A stretch of 64,000 nucleotides of DNA from a virus, in IMG/VR virus record IMGVR_UViG_3300034107_000273, positions 32,001-96,000 of that record; one strand, written 5' to 3'. The notes beneath the pieces are model-generated. The model was not told the origin of the DNA and did no database searches. It was given only the letters and a program-made list of their open reading frames with translations. The position numbers and the translations under genes are program-made. How positions within the stretch are numbered: position 1 is the first letter of the stretch; each line of letters starts with the position of its first letter. This document shows, one piece after another, positions 10,568-19,341 of this stretch.

Positions 10568-11580
10568 TGATGACAGTAGAAGAAGTATTAGCACAACTTA
10601 GTCCAAAGCTAAGAAAGACTGTTATGGCTGGAGATACTATTCCAGCAACACAATATGCATCTACTCCTAGTTTCGGTTTAAACCGTGCTCTCAATGGTGG
10701 ATTACCATATGGTCGTCAGGTACTGGTCTGGGGTTCAAAATCGTCTGCAAAGTCTTCTCTATGCCTTCAGATGATAGGTCTAGCACAGAAGGAAGGAAAG
10801 ATCTGTGCATGGATTGATGCAGAAATGTCATATGATAAAAAGTGGGCAGAAGGTCTTGGTGTAGATTCATCAAAACTTATTGTTTCTCAATGCCGTACAA
10901 TTAATGAGATGGTTGATGTTGGAACTAATCTTATGAATGCAGGAGTTGATATTATTGTTATTGACTCAATTACATCGTTATTGCCAGCAATATATTTTGA
11001 AAAGGATTCAGATGAACTTAAACAACTTGAGAATACAAAACAAATCGGTGCAGAGTCTAGAGACTTTAGTAACGCTTGGAAAATGCTTAACTATGCTAAC
11101 AATAAGGTTAAGCCTACTATGCTTGTCCTTATTAGTCAGTCTCGCAATAATATTAGCGCTATGTATACTAGCCAGCAGCCTACTGGTGGTCAAGCTACTA
11201 AGTTCTATTCTTCTACCGTTATTAAATTATTTTCATCGGAATCCGACAATCAAGCAATTAAAGGAAAGATTCATGTTGGAGATAAACTTATTGAAGAAAA
11301 GATTGGTCGCAAGATTCGTTGGGAACTCCAATTTTCTAAGACCTCTCCTGGCTTTCAGTCTGGCGAGTATGACTTTTATTTCAGGGGAGATAATGTTGGT
11401 ATTGATAGCATTGGTGATCTTGTTGATACGGCTGAAATGATGGGAATTGTTGAGCGCACAGGTGCTTGGTATGTATTGCCAGACGGTACAAAGGTACAAG
11501 GTCGTGATGGCTTTGTCAATAGGGTAAGAGAAGATTTAAACCTACAAGATACAATCAAGAATAAGATCCTAGATGTCTGA
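10567..11580 (+). CDS. recA: RecA-like recombinase
   Basis: GSKSSAKS P-loop, WIDAEMS, VIDSITSL, TGGQATKFYSS. Confidence 0.92.
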   Translation: MMTVEEVLAQLSPKLRKTVMAGDTIPATQYASTPSFGLNRALNGGLPYGRQVLVWGSKSSAKSSLCLQMIGLAQKEGKICAWIDAEMSYDKKWAEGLGVDSSKLIVSQCRTINEMVDVGTNLMNAGVDIIVIDSITSLLPAIYFEKDSDELKQLENTKQIGAESRDFSNAWKMLNYANNKVKPTMLVLISQSRNNISAMYTSQQPTGGQATKFYSSTVIKLFSSESDNQAIKGKIHVGDKLIEEKIGRKIRWELQFSKTSPGFQSGEYDFYFRGDNVGIDSIGDLVDTAEMMGIVERTGAWYVLPDGTKVQGRDGFVNRVREDLNLQDTIKNKILDV

Positions 11581-11755
11581 AAAATTTAAAGTATTTCCTG
11601 GAAAGTTTCCATGTAAGACTTGTGCAGAAGAAGTTACATCTTTAAGACTATGGAAAGAAAGTGCAGACTTGACTTGGATGTGTTCTAACAAACACCTGTC
11701 AAGGGTACCAATTATTATGACAAGGAAAGACTTTGAGCGAAAGAACGGAAAGTAA
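11573..11755 (+). CDS. Small Zn-binding protein
   Basis: CKTC...CSNKH. Confidence 0.6.
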   Translation: MSEKFKVFPGKFPCKTCAEEVTSLRLWKESADLTWMCSNKHLSRVPIIMTRKDFERKNGK

Positions 11756-12023
11756 AAGGATTGGTGCTAAGCAGCACAAAAACTCAGGTCGTAATACCCA
11801 TAAGGGAGATGCAACCTGGAAAAACTTTACGGTTGACTTTAAGGAATGCTCTAAGTCTTTTACTTTAAATAAAGATGTATGGGCTAAGGCTGTTACGGAT
11901 GCTATTAGGAATGGTAACGATCCTGCTATCTTGGTTGTACTTGGAGAAGGAAATACAAAAGTAAGATTAATGATAACTGAGTTTGAAATAATGGAGCAAT
12001 TAATAGGAGAAGAAAATGAGTGA
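11733..12023 (+). CDS. PD-(D/E)XK nuclease / resolvase-like protein
   Basis: NSGR...KGDA...VDFKE motif. Confidence 0.65.
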   Translation: MSERTESKRIGAKQHKNSGRNTHKGDATWKNFTVDFKECSKSFTLNKDVWAKAVTDAIRNGNDPAILVVLGEGNTKVRLMITEFEIMEQLIGEENE

Positions 12024-12318
12024 ACAAACAACGATAGAGATGGTAGATGGATTATCTGAAATAGCAGACTATATGAAAGATGAGGAGTTGACGGCAGCCT
12101 TAACATTTATTGCTAAGATCATTATCAAGCCTGACATTCCTCTTAATGTGGCAACTATAGAGATTGTTAGACTTCAGGCAATCGCAGCAAAAATGGCTTT
12201 CAAGGCAACTTGGATGGCCAATGTTGACAAAAATGACAGGGCAAAGAAGAATATTTATTATACGGCAGCAGAATCAATCAATAACTTGGTATCAGCACTC
12301 AAATACATTATGCGCTAA
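12016..12318 (+). CDS. Hypothetical protein
   Basis: Coupled ORF with GGAG SD. Confidence 0.65.
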   Translation: MSEQTTIEMVDGLSEIADYMKDEELTAALTFIAKIIIKPDIPLNVATIEIVRLQAIAAKMAFKATWMANVDKNDRAKKNIYYTAAESINNLVSALKYIMR

Positions 12319-12350
12319 CCTGGTATACTTATATAGACAAAGGAATAGTT

Positions 12351-13136
12351 ATGACAAAAAACTTACTAAAGCAGATAATGATTAAAGAGGTTGATACTCC
12401 AGCACAGATAGATGCACAAGAGCTTGTGAAGGCTATTGAGGCAGGATATCTTGTTGGGCGTGAACCTAAGCATACACAAAAGAAAACTTTTGGTCCATCT
12501 ACTATTGCATATGGGCATGGAGAATGTCCACGTTATTGGTACCTTGCATTTGAGGGAGCGGTATTTGAGGATAACTCTGACCCATACGCAGTAGCAAATA
12601 TGACTAATGGAACTCTTGCTCATGGAAGAATTGAGACAGCGTTTAAGAACTCTGGTATTTCAATTGATTCAGAGTTTAAGATTTTTAATGATGATCCTCC
12701 AATTTTTGGTTATGTAGATAACTTTATTAATTGGAAGGGTGAAGAGGTTGTTGTTGAAGTAAAGACAACCAATAACGAAGTGTTTGAGTATCGTAAACGT
12801 ACAGGTAAGCCTAAGATGGGTCACGTTGTACAGATACTTATTTACATGAAGATTCTTAAGAAGGCAAAGGGTGTTCTTATTTATGAAAATAAAAACAACC
12901 ATGAACTTCTTGTAATTCCAGTTGAGGTAAATGATCATTACCGAAAGTGGATTGATGAAGCTTTTGAATGGATGAGAGTTGTTCGTAAGTCTTGGGAAGT
13001 AAAAGAACTTCCAACAAAGAACTATAGATCAAACTCTAAGATTTGCAAGAATTGTCCAATTAAAAAAGCATGTGATGAAGCTGGAGCAGGTGTTGTGAAG
13101 ATAGCATCTCTGGAGGAACTGAGTGAAACTTTGTAG
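12351..13136 (+). CDS. Cas4-like PD-(D/E)XK exonuclease
   Basis: CPR, GTLAH, GYVD...VEVKT, QILIY, CKNCPIKKAC. Confidence 0.85.
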   Translation: MTKNLLKQIMIKEVDTPAQIDAQELVKAIEAGYLVGREPKHTQKKTFGPSTIAYGHGECPRYWYLAFEGAVFEDNSDPYAVANMTNGTLAHGRIETAFKNSGISIDSEFKIFNDDPPIFGYVDNFINWKGEEVVVEVKTTNNEVFEYRKRTGKPKMGHVVQILIYMKILKKAKGVLIYENKNNHELLVIPVEVNDHYRKWIDEAFEWMRVVRKSWEVKELPTKNYRSNSKICKNCPIKKACDEAGAGVVKIASLEELSETL

Positions 13137-13413
13137 CAGATGTGACAACAGGTTTGATCCAAAGGTCAGTTATCAAATTTACTGCAGCCTTGAATGTCGT
13201 GACCTTGCTACAAAAGATAAGATTAAAGAAAGATATCAAGTAACTCGTAGACAAAAGAGGAAGGGGAAGGATCGCAGATGTTTAGGCGGATGCAATACTT
13301 CTCTTTCCATCTACAACGATTCTGGATTTTGTGCAAACTGTAATGTAAGCAAAAAGTCTGTTGATAAAATGTTAAAAGATCTGAAAGGTTTTTTTGATTA
13401 TGAGCAAGAATAA
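13123..13413 (+). CDS. Cys-rich Zn-finger protein
   Basis: Multiple CxxC/CxxxC motifs. Confidence 0.65.
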   Translation: MKLCSRCDNRFDPKVSYQIYCSLECRDLATKDKIKERYQVTRRQKRKGKDRRCLGGCNTSLSIYNDSGFCANCNVSKKSVDKMLKDLKGFFDYEQE

Positions 13414-13996
13414 GTGGGGTATGGAAGTTACCCCAAAAAGAATATGTGCTATTGATGCTAGTACTAATAGTCTTGCTTTTGCTATTTTTGATACCTTCAC
13501 AAAAGATCTTATAAGTGTTGGAAAGATTAACTTTGAAGGTAAAGACACCTATGAAAAAGTAATGGATGCTGGTAAAAAGGTAAAAGCTTTTCTAGATATA
13601 TACGGTGGGTTTGAGGCAATTGTTATTGAGCACACTGTATTTATGAATAGTCCTAAGACTGCAGCAGATTTAGCCTTGGTTCAAGGAGCTATCCTTGGAT
13701 CAGCTGGTCAGTCAGGAACTACAAAGATTGGAAAAGTATCACCAATAACTTGGCAAAATTTTATTGGAAACAAAAAGATTTCAAAGGACGAGCAACTTTT
13801 TATTCGTGCACAAAATCCTGGTAAATCAGTATCTTGGTATAAGACTTATGAAAGAAACCTTAGAAAAGAAAGAACTATAAAGTTTATTAATATTAATTAT
13901 GATAGAACCATAACAGATAATGATGTAGCAGATGCCTGTGGAATTGGTCACTGGGCACTAAAGAACTGGGATAAGGCGGTTGGAAGTAATGAGTGA
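13400..13996 (+). CDS. RuvC-like Holliday junction resolvase
   Basis: AIDAS, VIEH, DNDVADACGIG. Confidence 0.8.
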   Translation: MSKNKWGMEVTPKRICAIDASTNSLAFAIFDTFTKDLISVGKINFEGKDTYEKVMDAGKKVKAFLDIYGGFEAIVIEHTVFMNSPKTAADLALVQGAILGSAGQSGTTKIGKVSPITWQNFIGNKKISKDEQLFIRAQNPGKSVSWYKTYERNLRKERTIKFININYDRTITDNDVADACGIGHWALKNWDKAVGSNE

Positions 13997-14164
13997 AAGA
14001 AAAGCCAAAACATTTAAGGAAGAAAATGCTGACGTTATACTAACAGTTAGAACTCTTGCCCCAACAAAATGGTTGCTCATGGATCGTGAAACTGGTCAAA
14101 TGTATCAGGGTAATGCAAGTGGTTACTGGGATAAACTAAAAACAGTAGAAAGAGATAATAAATA

Positions 14165-14809
14165 ATGCCAGAGTTAAATGCAAACATACCACCTATTGAA
14201 TGCTATGTACGTGGTAATTTCTTAAGAGATCAATTAGATAGTCATGATAAGTATTTTCCATGTGTAATTTTTGGAGTGTCAAGCATTAAGGCTAGAAGCC
14301 CTTTGTTCCATTTTATGATGGAAGATGGTGGTATTTGGTGGCGTATGCCGATAAATGCTTTTTGTGCTAAGCCAGGAGTTCCAGAAGAACCAATCCATAA
14401 TCTTGTTTTATGGAATTCTTTTAGTTCACATATTTCTGTTACAAAGTTTCAAGCATTAAGCAATATGAGAATGTCTTATCTTGATAGAAGCAAAAACACT
14501 ATCCCTGGAACATATCTGTTTACTTTAGATTGGCATAGCCCAGAAACCAATATACTAGATGACGGGTATTCTGAAAACCCAGGGCAGCATAAGTGTGGTC
14601 ACGTTATTCAAAGAGATGACGGAAATTTTGCGGTACAGCCAAATAATAGGGTAAGAATTAAAGAGCCGTCATTTGTCACCAAGAAAGACCTAGTGATAAA
14701 TAGATTAATTAACACAAATAAATGGGATGTTGAAAGTTACGATAAGTGGATACTTGAAGACTCCAATGCCTATAATTATGATGTTATTGATACCGAAGTT
14801 GACAAATAA
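14165..14809 (+). CDS. Conserved phage hypothetical protein
   Basis: LNANIP, YLFTLDW, QPNNR motifs. Confidence 0.7.
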   Translation: MPELNANIPPIECYVRGNFLRDQLDSHDKYFPCVIFGVSSIKARSPLFHFMMEDGGIWWRMPINAFCAKPGVPEEPIHNLVLWNSFSSHISVTKFQALSNMRMSYLDRSKNTIPGTYLFTLDWHSPETNILDDGYSENPGQHKCGHVIQRDDGNFAVQPNNRVRIKEPSFVTKKDLVINRLINTNKWDVESYDKWILEDSNAYNYDVIDTEVDK

Positions 14810-14813
14810 CGCT

Positions 14814-14969
14814 ATGGCTGGTAAACTATATACATCAGAAGTTTGGTTAAAGAAAAGATTTCTTATTGATAAGAAGTCACCAGAAGAGATTGCAAAAGAG
14901 TGTGGGGCAAGCGTAGAGACTGTCTATGTTTACCTTGCTAAATTCGGACTAAGGAAGTCAAGGCGATGA
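14814..14969 (+). CDS. Small HTH protein
   Basis: SPEEIAKECGASVETVYVYL. Confidence 0.65.
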   Translation: MAGKLYTSEVWLKKRFLIDKKSPEEIAKECGASVETVYVYLAKFGLRKSRR

Positions 14970-15100
14970 ATAAATTACAAAAAGTTATTATTGGTCTAGG
15001 AGTTGCTGGTGCAGTAGGATTAACCTATGTCATTACAGCTCTAAAGGGTATGCCAGAAGCATTCACGTGGGAAAATGATGAGGAAGAAGAGTATGAGTGA
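14966..15100 (+). CDS. Small membrane protein (not in ORF track)
   Basis: MNKLQKVIIGLGVAGAVGLTYVITALKG...; overlaps both neighbours. Confidence 0.55.
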   Translation: MNKLQKVIIGLGVAGAVGLTYVITALKGMPEAFTWENDEEEEYE

Positions 15101-15335
15101 TAATCTAACTATTACGGTAGATCAGGTTAATCACCCACGACATTACACTACAGATCCTTCTGGCGTTGAGTGCATAGAGATTACACGTCATCGTAACTTT
15201 AATATTGGTAACGCATTTAAGTATCTATGGCGTGCAGGACTTAAAGATGAGTCAAAAACTATACAGGATCTTGAGAAAGCAATTTTTTATATTAAAGATG
15301 AAATTAATAGGTTAGAGGGCAAATATGTCAACTGA
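15093..15335 (+). CDS. DUF3310 family protein
   Basis: DQVNHPRHY, ECIE, GNAFKYLWRAG, DLEKA. Confidence 0.85.
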   Translation: MSDNLTITVDQVNHPRHYTTDPSGVECIEITRHRNFNIGNAFKYLWRAGLKDESKTIQDLEKAIFYIKDEINRLEGKYVN

Positions 15336-15867
15336 AGAAGAACTAGTAAAGCATCTTGATATAATGAATGATGTTGTAGGAGAATACCTCAAGGGTAGCG
15401 ATCCAACAACAATTTCTAAAGAATTAACAATTCCACGTACTCGTGTTGTTGCATACATTGATGAATGGAAAGAAAAGACTTCTAACAACATAGCCATTCG
15501 TGCTCGTGCCAAAGATGCTTTAGCAGGAGCAGATGCACATTACAGCAAGCTTATACTAAAGTCATACGAAGTTATTGATGAAGCATCAATGACCAATAAT
15601 CTTAGTGCAAAGACTGCTGCTATTAAACTTGTTATGGACATTGAGTCTAAGCGTATTGATATGTTGCAAAAAGCTGGACTCTTAGAAAATAAAGAGATTG
15701 CAGAAGAAATGGTTGAGATTGAGCGTCGTCAAGAAGTATTGGTTGGTATTCTTAGAGACATTGCATCAACACACCCAGAAGTTAGAGATATTATTCTTGA
15801 GAGACTATCAGCAATTGCAAAACAAGGAGAAGTATTAACAGTTATTTCTGTGAGTACAAATGAATAA
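15325..15867 (+). CDS. Probable terminase small subunit
   Basis: N-terminal HTH plus helical body upstream of the large subunit (synteny inference). Confidence 0.5.
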   Translation: MSTEEELVKHLDIMNDVVGEYLKGSDPTTISKELTIPRTRVVAYIDEWKEKTSNNIAIRARAKDALAGADAHYSKLILKSYEVIDEASMTNNLSAKTAAIKLVMDIESKRIDMLQKAGLLENKEIAEEMVEIERRQEVLVGILRDIASTHPEVRDIILERLSAIAKQGEVLTVISVSTNE

Positions 15868-16393
15868 TTTACAAAAAATATCTATAATAAATATTGAAGG
15901 TATATCTTTAGATGATGTCTTATCTCACTGTGATAATAAAAATTGGACAGATGGAGAAGTTGCAAAATCTAGGTATTCTTCAGACACTGGATCAGGAACA
16001 AATAAAACAATCAGAGATGTTAATGTATCTGAAATGGATGCTGAGATTCATGTTGTTTTAAATAATTTAATTCAACCACACGTAGACAAGTATGCTAAAG
16101 ATAATAACATTAAAATATACGCTAATACATTTTATACAATAGCAAAATATTCTAAGGGTCAGTTTTTTACTGAGCACACAGATTCAACACCAGAGTTTCC
16201 TAGAGCAATATCTGCAATATTATATTTAAATGATGACTATGAAGGTGGAACTTTAACTTTTGGTAAAATTGGAAAAACCTTTAAGCCAAAAGCAAATACT
16301 CTTTTTATATTTCCATCTAGTGATGATTTTAGCCACTCAGCAGACCCAGTTATAGATGGTGTAAAGTATGTAATAGTTGGGTTTTGGTCATGA
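15860..16393 (+). CDS. 2OG-Fe(II) oxygenase (prolyl-4-hydroxylase-like)
   Basis: HTD, LYLNDDYEGG, FPS...H...V..G.K. Confidence 0.85.
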   Translation: MNNLQKISIINIEGISLDDVLSHCDNKNWTDGEVAKSRYSSDTGSGTNKTIRDVNVSEMDAEIHVVLNNLIQPHVDKYAKDNNIKIYANTFYTIAKYSKGQFFTEHTDSTPEFPRAISAILYLNDDYEGGTLTFGKIGKTFKPKANTLFIFPSSDDFSHSADPVIDGVKYVIVGFWS

Positions 16394-18165
16394 TATTTGA
16401 TGAATTTTTAGAGGTTTTAAAAGAAAATCATTTTATTGAGAGGCCTGTTGACGCAAAGACATTTGTTGAGTCTCCAGAGTATCTTGGTCAACCACCTTTA
16501 TCTGAAATTCAGTATACAATTGTTGAAGCAATGAGCCAGATTTACCGCAAAGAAGATGTGATAGATATTCTTGGTGATAAAGGTGAGGAATACTACAAAA
16601 AATATACAAAGAATGAACTCATTCTACAACTTGGCAAGGGATCTGGAAAAGACTTCGTATCAACAGTAGCATGTGCATATGTAGTATATAAGATGCTATG
16701 CCTTAAAGATCCTGCTGTTTATTATGGAAAGCCTGCAGGAGATGCTATTGATATTATAAACGTTGCTGTTAACGCTCAGCAGGCTAAGAATGTTTTCTTT
16801 AAAGGTTTTAAATCAAAGATTGAAAGATCTCCTTGGTTTGCTGGAAAGTATAATCCAAAGGCAGACTCAATTGAGTTTGATAAATCAATTACTGTTTACT
16901 CTGGTCACTCAGAGCGTGAATCACATGAGGGTTTAAACCTATTCATGGCTGTACTTGATGAGATTTCTGGTTTTGCATCAGAGGTAGCAACAGGAAATGA
17001 ACAAGGAAAAACTGCTGATAATATTTATAAAGCTTTCCGTGGTACTGTAGATTCTCGTTTTCCTGATCTTGGAAAGGTTGTGCTTCTTTCATTTCCCCGC
17101 TATCAAGGTGACTTTATTTCTCAACGGTATGACTCAGTAATTGCTGATAAAGAGGTAGTAGAAAAAACACACAAGTTCATCATTAATGAAGAGTTGCCAC
17201 ATGACAACCCAGACAATACGTTTGAAATATCCTGGGATGAAGATCATATACTTTCATACAAAATACCTAAGATATTTGCACTGAAGCGTCCAACATGGGA
17301 TGTTAATCCTACAAGAAAGATTGATGACTTTAAGATTGCATTCTTAACAGACTTAGGCGATGCTATGATGCGTTTTCTGTGCACACCAACATATTCATCA
17401 GATGCTTTCTTTAAGCAAAAAGATAAACTTATTAATTGCATGACCTTAACAAATCCTGTAGATAGTTTTAGAAGGTTCTCAGAAAACTTTAAACCAGATC
17501 CAGATAAGATTTATTATGTTCATGCTGACCTTGCACAAAAACACGATAAGTGTGCGGTTGCTATTGCTCACGTAGAAAAGTGGGTAAATATTCAGGTAAT
17601 TAAAGATTATGAACAAGTAGCACCAATTGTAGTAGTAGATGCAGTAGCATGGTGGGAGCCAAGATCAGAAGGACCAGTTGATCTTTCTCAGGTTAAACAG
17701 TGGATTCAAAACCTAAGAAGACAAGGGTTTAACATAGGATTAGTATCATTTGACCGTTGGCAGTCATTTGATATACAGCAAGAACTTAAAGGTGTTGGTA
17801 TAAGAACTGATACTGTTTCTGTTGCAAAAAAACACTACGAAGATTTAGCAATGATGATCTATGAAGAGCGTGTTGCTATGCCCATGATCCCATTACTTCT
17901 GGAAGAAATGTCAGAATTAAAAATCATGAAGGGTAATCGTGTAGATCACCCTAGAAAAAAATCTAAAGACCTAGCAGATGCTGTTTGTGGGGCAGTATTT
18001 GGAGCTATATCCCATACTCCAAAAGAAATGAATGTTGAGATAGAGATTCATACTTGGGGTACCTCAGACAAACTTGCACGCAGGCAAGAGTCTATGGTAG
18101 AATTGGAAGACAGGCAAATGCCAGAAGATGTCAAGAGTTTTCTTGATAATCTAAAACTAATATAA
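16390..18165 (+). CDS. Terminase large subunit
   Basis: GKGSGKD Walker A, VLDE Walker B, nuclease HADLA, SFDRW, DHP...KDLADA. Confidence 0.88.
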   Translation: MIFDEFLEVLKENHFIERPVDAKTFVESPEYLGQPPLSEIQYTIVEAMSQIYRKEDVIDILGDKGEEYYKKYTKNELILQLGKGSGKDFVSTVACAYVVYKMLCLKDPAVYYGKPAGDAIDIINVAVNAQQAKNVFFKGFKSKIERSPWFAGKYNPKADSIEFDKSITVYSGHSERESHEGLNLFMAVLDEISGFASEVATGNEQGKTADNIYKAFRGTVDSRFPDLGKVVLLSFPRYQGDFISQRYDSVIADKEVVEKTHKFIINEELPHDNPDNTFEISWDEDHILSYKIPKIFALKRPTWDVNPTRKIDDFKIAFLTDLGDAMMRFLCTPTYSSDAFFKQKDKLINCMTLTNPVDSFRRFSENFKPDPDKIYYVHADLAQKHDKCAVAIAHVEKWVNIQVIKDYEQVAPIVVVDAVAWWEPRSEGPVDLSQVKQWIQNLRRQGFNIGLVSFDRWQSFDIQQELKGVGIRTDTVSVAKKHYEDLAMMIYEERVAMPMIPLLLEEMSELKIMKGNRVDHPRKKSKDLADAVCGAVFGAISHTPKEMNVEIEIHTWGTSDKLARRQESMVELEDRQMPEDVKSFLDNLKLI

Positions 18166-18180
18166 CAAGGAGAAAAAAGA

Positions 18181-19230
18181 ATGAATTCATTCAAGAAGAT
18201 CGCTATTGTCGTTGCTGCAGCATTGACATTTGCAGGTATTTCAACAGTTGCACAGGCTGCACCGTTGGTAGTAACAGTTGCTTCAGCAACTAATGCTACA
18301 ACAACAGCAAACCCTGTAACAGTTGCAGTTCCTTCAACAAACGTAATTGATGCAGGTCGCACAATTGCAATTGCAGCAACAGCAGACAATGGAACAGTTG
18401 TTTCTTTCGCAGCATCATCAACAGTTAAGTTGGTATCTGCACTTAATACATCAGATGCTCCAAAGACAGTAGCATCAGGAGTTTCAGCACTTTCAGTAAC
18501 TTCAGCAGGTACAGCAGTTACAGTATATGCATACACAACATCAACAACAGTTGGTTCAGTTACCGTTACAAATGGTGCATACTCAACAATTATTTACATT
18601 AAGGGTACAGCAGGACCTGCTTATAACCTAGCCGTTACAGTTCCTACAGCAGCAGCAGTTGGAACAGTTCCAGCAATTTCAGTTACAACAACTGACGTTT
18701 TTGGTAACGCATCTTCAGATACAGTAACAGCAACAATCGTTGGTTCAACATTTGCTGATGGCTCATCAGTCAAGTCAGTAACTCCAGATGTTGCATCATA
18801 TTCACTTGCTACAGGTGTAGCAGGAGAAGTTACAGTTATTGTAACTGGTCTAACATTGGTTACTCCAGTATCTGGATTCCCAGCACCAGTAAAGGCAGCA
18901 ATTGCTAAGTTTACAGTGTCTGATCTTGCAGCAGTAATTAATGCACTAAAGGTGGAACTTGCTGTAGCACAAGCAGAACTTGCTAAGGCAAAGTCAGATG
19001 CTTCATTGGCAGCAGCCAAGTCAGCTTCAGATGCAGCACTTGCTAAGGCAGCAGCAGATAAGGCTTTGGCAGATGCCAAGGCTGTATCAGATGCAGCAGC
19101 ACTATCTGCAAAGGTAGCAGCAGATCTAGCAACTGCAACAGCAGCAGCAAAATACAAGGCAGAGTACAACGCTCTTGCTACAAAGTGGAACAAGAAGTTC
19201 CCTAAGCTAAAGGTAGCACTAAAGAAGTAA
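18181..19230 (+). CDS. Secreted Ala/Thr/Val-rich surface-type protein
   Basis: Signal peptide ending AQA, beta-rich body, Ala-rich coil, basic tail; strong GCA/ACA/GTT codon bias. Confidence 0.7.
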   Translation: MNSFKKIAIVVAAALTFAGISTVAQAAPLVVTVASATNATTTANPVTVAVPSTNVIDAGRTIAIAATADNGTVVSFAASSTVKLVSALNTSDAPKTVASGVSALSVTSAGTAVTVYAYTTSTTVGSVTVTNGAYSTIIYIKGTAGPAYNLAVTVPTAAAVGTVPAISVTTTDVFGNASSDTVTATIVGSTFADGSSVKSVTPDVASYSLATGVAGEVTVIVTGLTLVTPVSGFPAPVKAAIAKFTVSDLAAVINALKVELAVAQAELAKAKSDASLAAAKSASDAALAKAAADKALADAKAVSDAAALSAKVAADLATATAAAKYKAEYNALATKWNKKFPKLKVALKK

Positions 19231-19244
19231 TATTCTTTAAAGTT

Positions 19245-19279
19245 AGAGGACTAGTCAAGCGCTAGTCCTCTTTCTTTTT
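19245..19279 (+). terminator. Intrinsic terminator
   Basis: AGAGGACTAG/CTAGTCCTCT stem followed by a T-rich tract. Confidence 0.8.
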
Positions 19280-19341
19280 GCAATAAAATGATATAATAGC
19301 TTTATTAGTCATATCACCACTAGGACTATAAGGAGAGATCT

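Noticed and set aside
12351-13136. Cas4-like gene as part of a CRISPR system
   Set aside because: No array or other cas genes; solo Cas4-like nucleases are common in phage recombination modules
6982-18165. Inteins or introns in DnaE, RecA or terminase
   Set aside because: Lengths are normal and no splice-junction motifs were seen
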